Positions 62,679 through 64,000 of a DNA stretch of 64,000 nt are shown in pieces. Source of the DNA: the human T2T-CHM13v2.0 reference genome, Homo sapiens; assembly GCF_009914755.1 (NCBI RefSeq), contig NC_060933.1; one strand, given 5' to 3'. The stretch's first letter is position 1; the number at the start of each line of letters is the position of its first letter. A program made the translations under genes and the position numbers. The notes under the pieces are model-generated. The model searched no databases, was not told where the DNA came from, and saw only the letters and a list, made by a program, of their open reading frames with translations.

Positions 62679-64000
62679 CCTTAAATCCAAATAGCTAAAA
62701 CATTAAGGAAAATTGATTATCTCCTATAGGTCAAGGGGTAGGGTAGCTTTCAGGTTGGTTAGTTCAGTGGCTTGATGTCAGCAAGGACGTAAGTTCTCTC
62801 CTTGTTTCTTTTTTGTCATTTTACGGAAGGTAGCTTTTTCTTAATTAGCTCCCCTCAAGATCCCAAGATGGCTATGGCTCTTCTTACCGTCTTTTGCTGA
62901 GCTGACAATCTCCAGTGGTTTTCCTTTCATGGGAATTAGAGAGGGCTGCACACTTATCCCTAAACAAGCTCTAACAAGAGGAAGGCAAAGGACTCTGCAA
63001 TTGATTTAGAGTAACCAGGACTTCCCTCTGAGTCAAGTGAGGGGCAGGGCAACACCGGAACAAAAGGAGGACTTTGCCAGCAAGGTGGCGGCAGGGATGC
63101 AGGATTGGGCGTGGTGACTGGGTAGGCAGCCAATACTATCTGCTATGGTTTTGCCATTTTCTTTTGTCTTTAAATCAGACTTCTATAGTGTTTCCTAACA
63201 TTTTACTTATAGCCCCATTATGAACTTCACAGTTCGTAGTTCAAAGTCACACAGTTAGTTATCTTCTTGTCCTAGTGATGCTGCTCAAGCCATTGCTGAA
63301 ACCCCTGTCTTTCTTTTTTGCTCACCCCCACTGCATCTTTCCCATTCTGAGCTAAGGACAGCTTCAGATGAAGAAGAGCATTTGAGGTTGGAATAATGGT
63401 TAAGTGGTGAGTTAGTATTCTTGCAGGCCATGGTCCTTCAAGAGCACCTTGGCTGTTAGTATAACCTCTTCTCTCTCTAGCTTACAATCTCCTTTTCTAC
63501 CTCTTTTGAAGTCTCACTTCTGTCTGTGTTTATCTCTGTTTCAAAATTGAGTATCAAAAAACTGATAGTTTTTATTTTCCTTATTTTTTTTCCACCTCCA
63601 GCTGATACACTTAAGGAGCTGTAATAATGAGTACAATCCACTAAAGAGGGAAAAAAAGAGAGCCTCTGTTTTCTTTTGTTTTAACCTGCTTACTTTCAGG
63701 TTTTTTTGTTTTTTTTTTTTTTTAATAATTAAACTGAAAAGTCATGTCATTATTTAGAATATCTCTGATATAAAGAGTTCTCACAGTATATAAAATGCAT
63801 CCTTGCAATACATAATTTACAGAAGGAAATAAACCAGTGTGTAAATATGTTCAATCTTGTTAACAACCAAATTAAAGCATAGAGGCATCCTTTCACAGCT
63901 GTAACTTTGGTAATAGTTAACAAAATAATATTAATTGCCCAAGTGGTTTTGACTCAAATATACTTTATTGATTTGCTGAATAAATTGGAATGACCCTCTT

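Overview
This is primate, almost certainly human, genomic DNA. About 53 kb of repeat-rich intergenic sequence is followed by the CpG-island promoter, first exon and first ~10.5 kb of intron 1 of SLC44A1 (choline transporter-like protein 1, CTL1/CD92) on the + strand. The only real coding sequence is 36 nt (53476-53511, MGCCSSASSAAQ), ending at a GT donor. The intergenic and intronic DNA holds about 46 Alu copies or fragments, MaLR/ERV solo LTRs (THE1, MLT1, MER4A, MER41, LTR33-like), old L1M/L1PB/L2/MIR fragments, DNA-transposon relics (MADE1, MER58, MER3, MER5, a hAT-like element) and microsatellites. Nearly all ORFs in the supplied track are Alu, simple-repeat or GC-rich artefacts. I see no convincing novel protein-coding system. 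The best leads are regulatory hypotheses: a MER41 LTR with two intact GAS (STAT) motifs ~21 kb upstream, two uORFs and a 9-tract G-quadruplex at the 5' end, a candidate Alu-derived poison exon and a zero-spacer inverted Alu pair in intron 1, and two non-repeat blocks with TALE/homeobox/T-box motif clusters. Repeat subfamily calls are from recalled consensus sequences and their boundaries are approximate.
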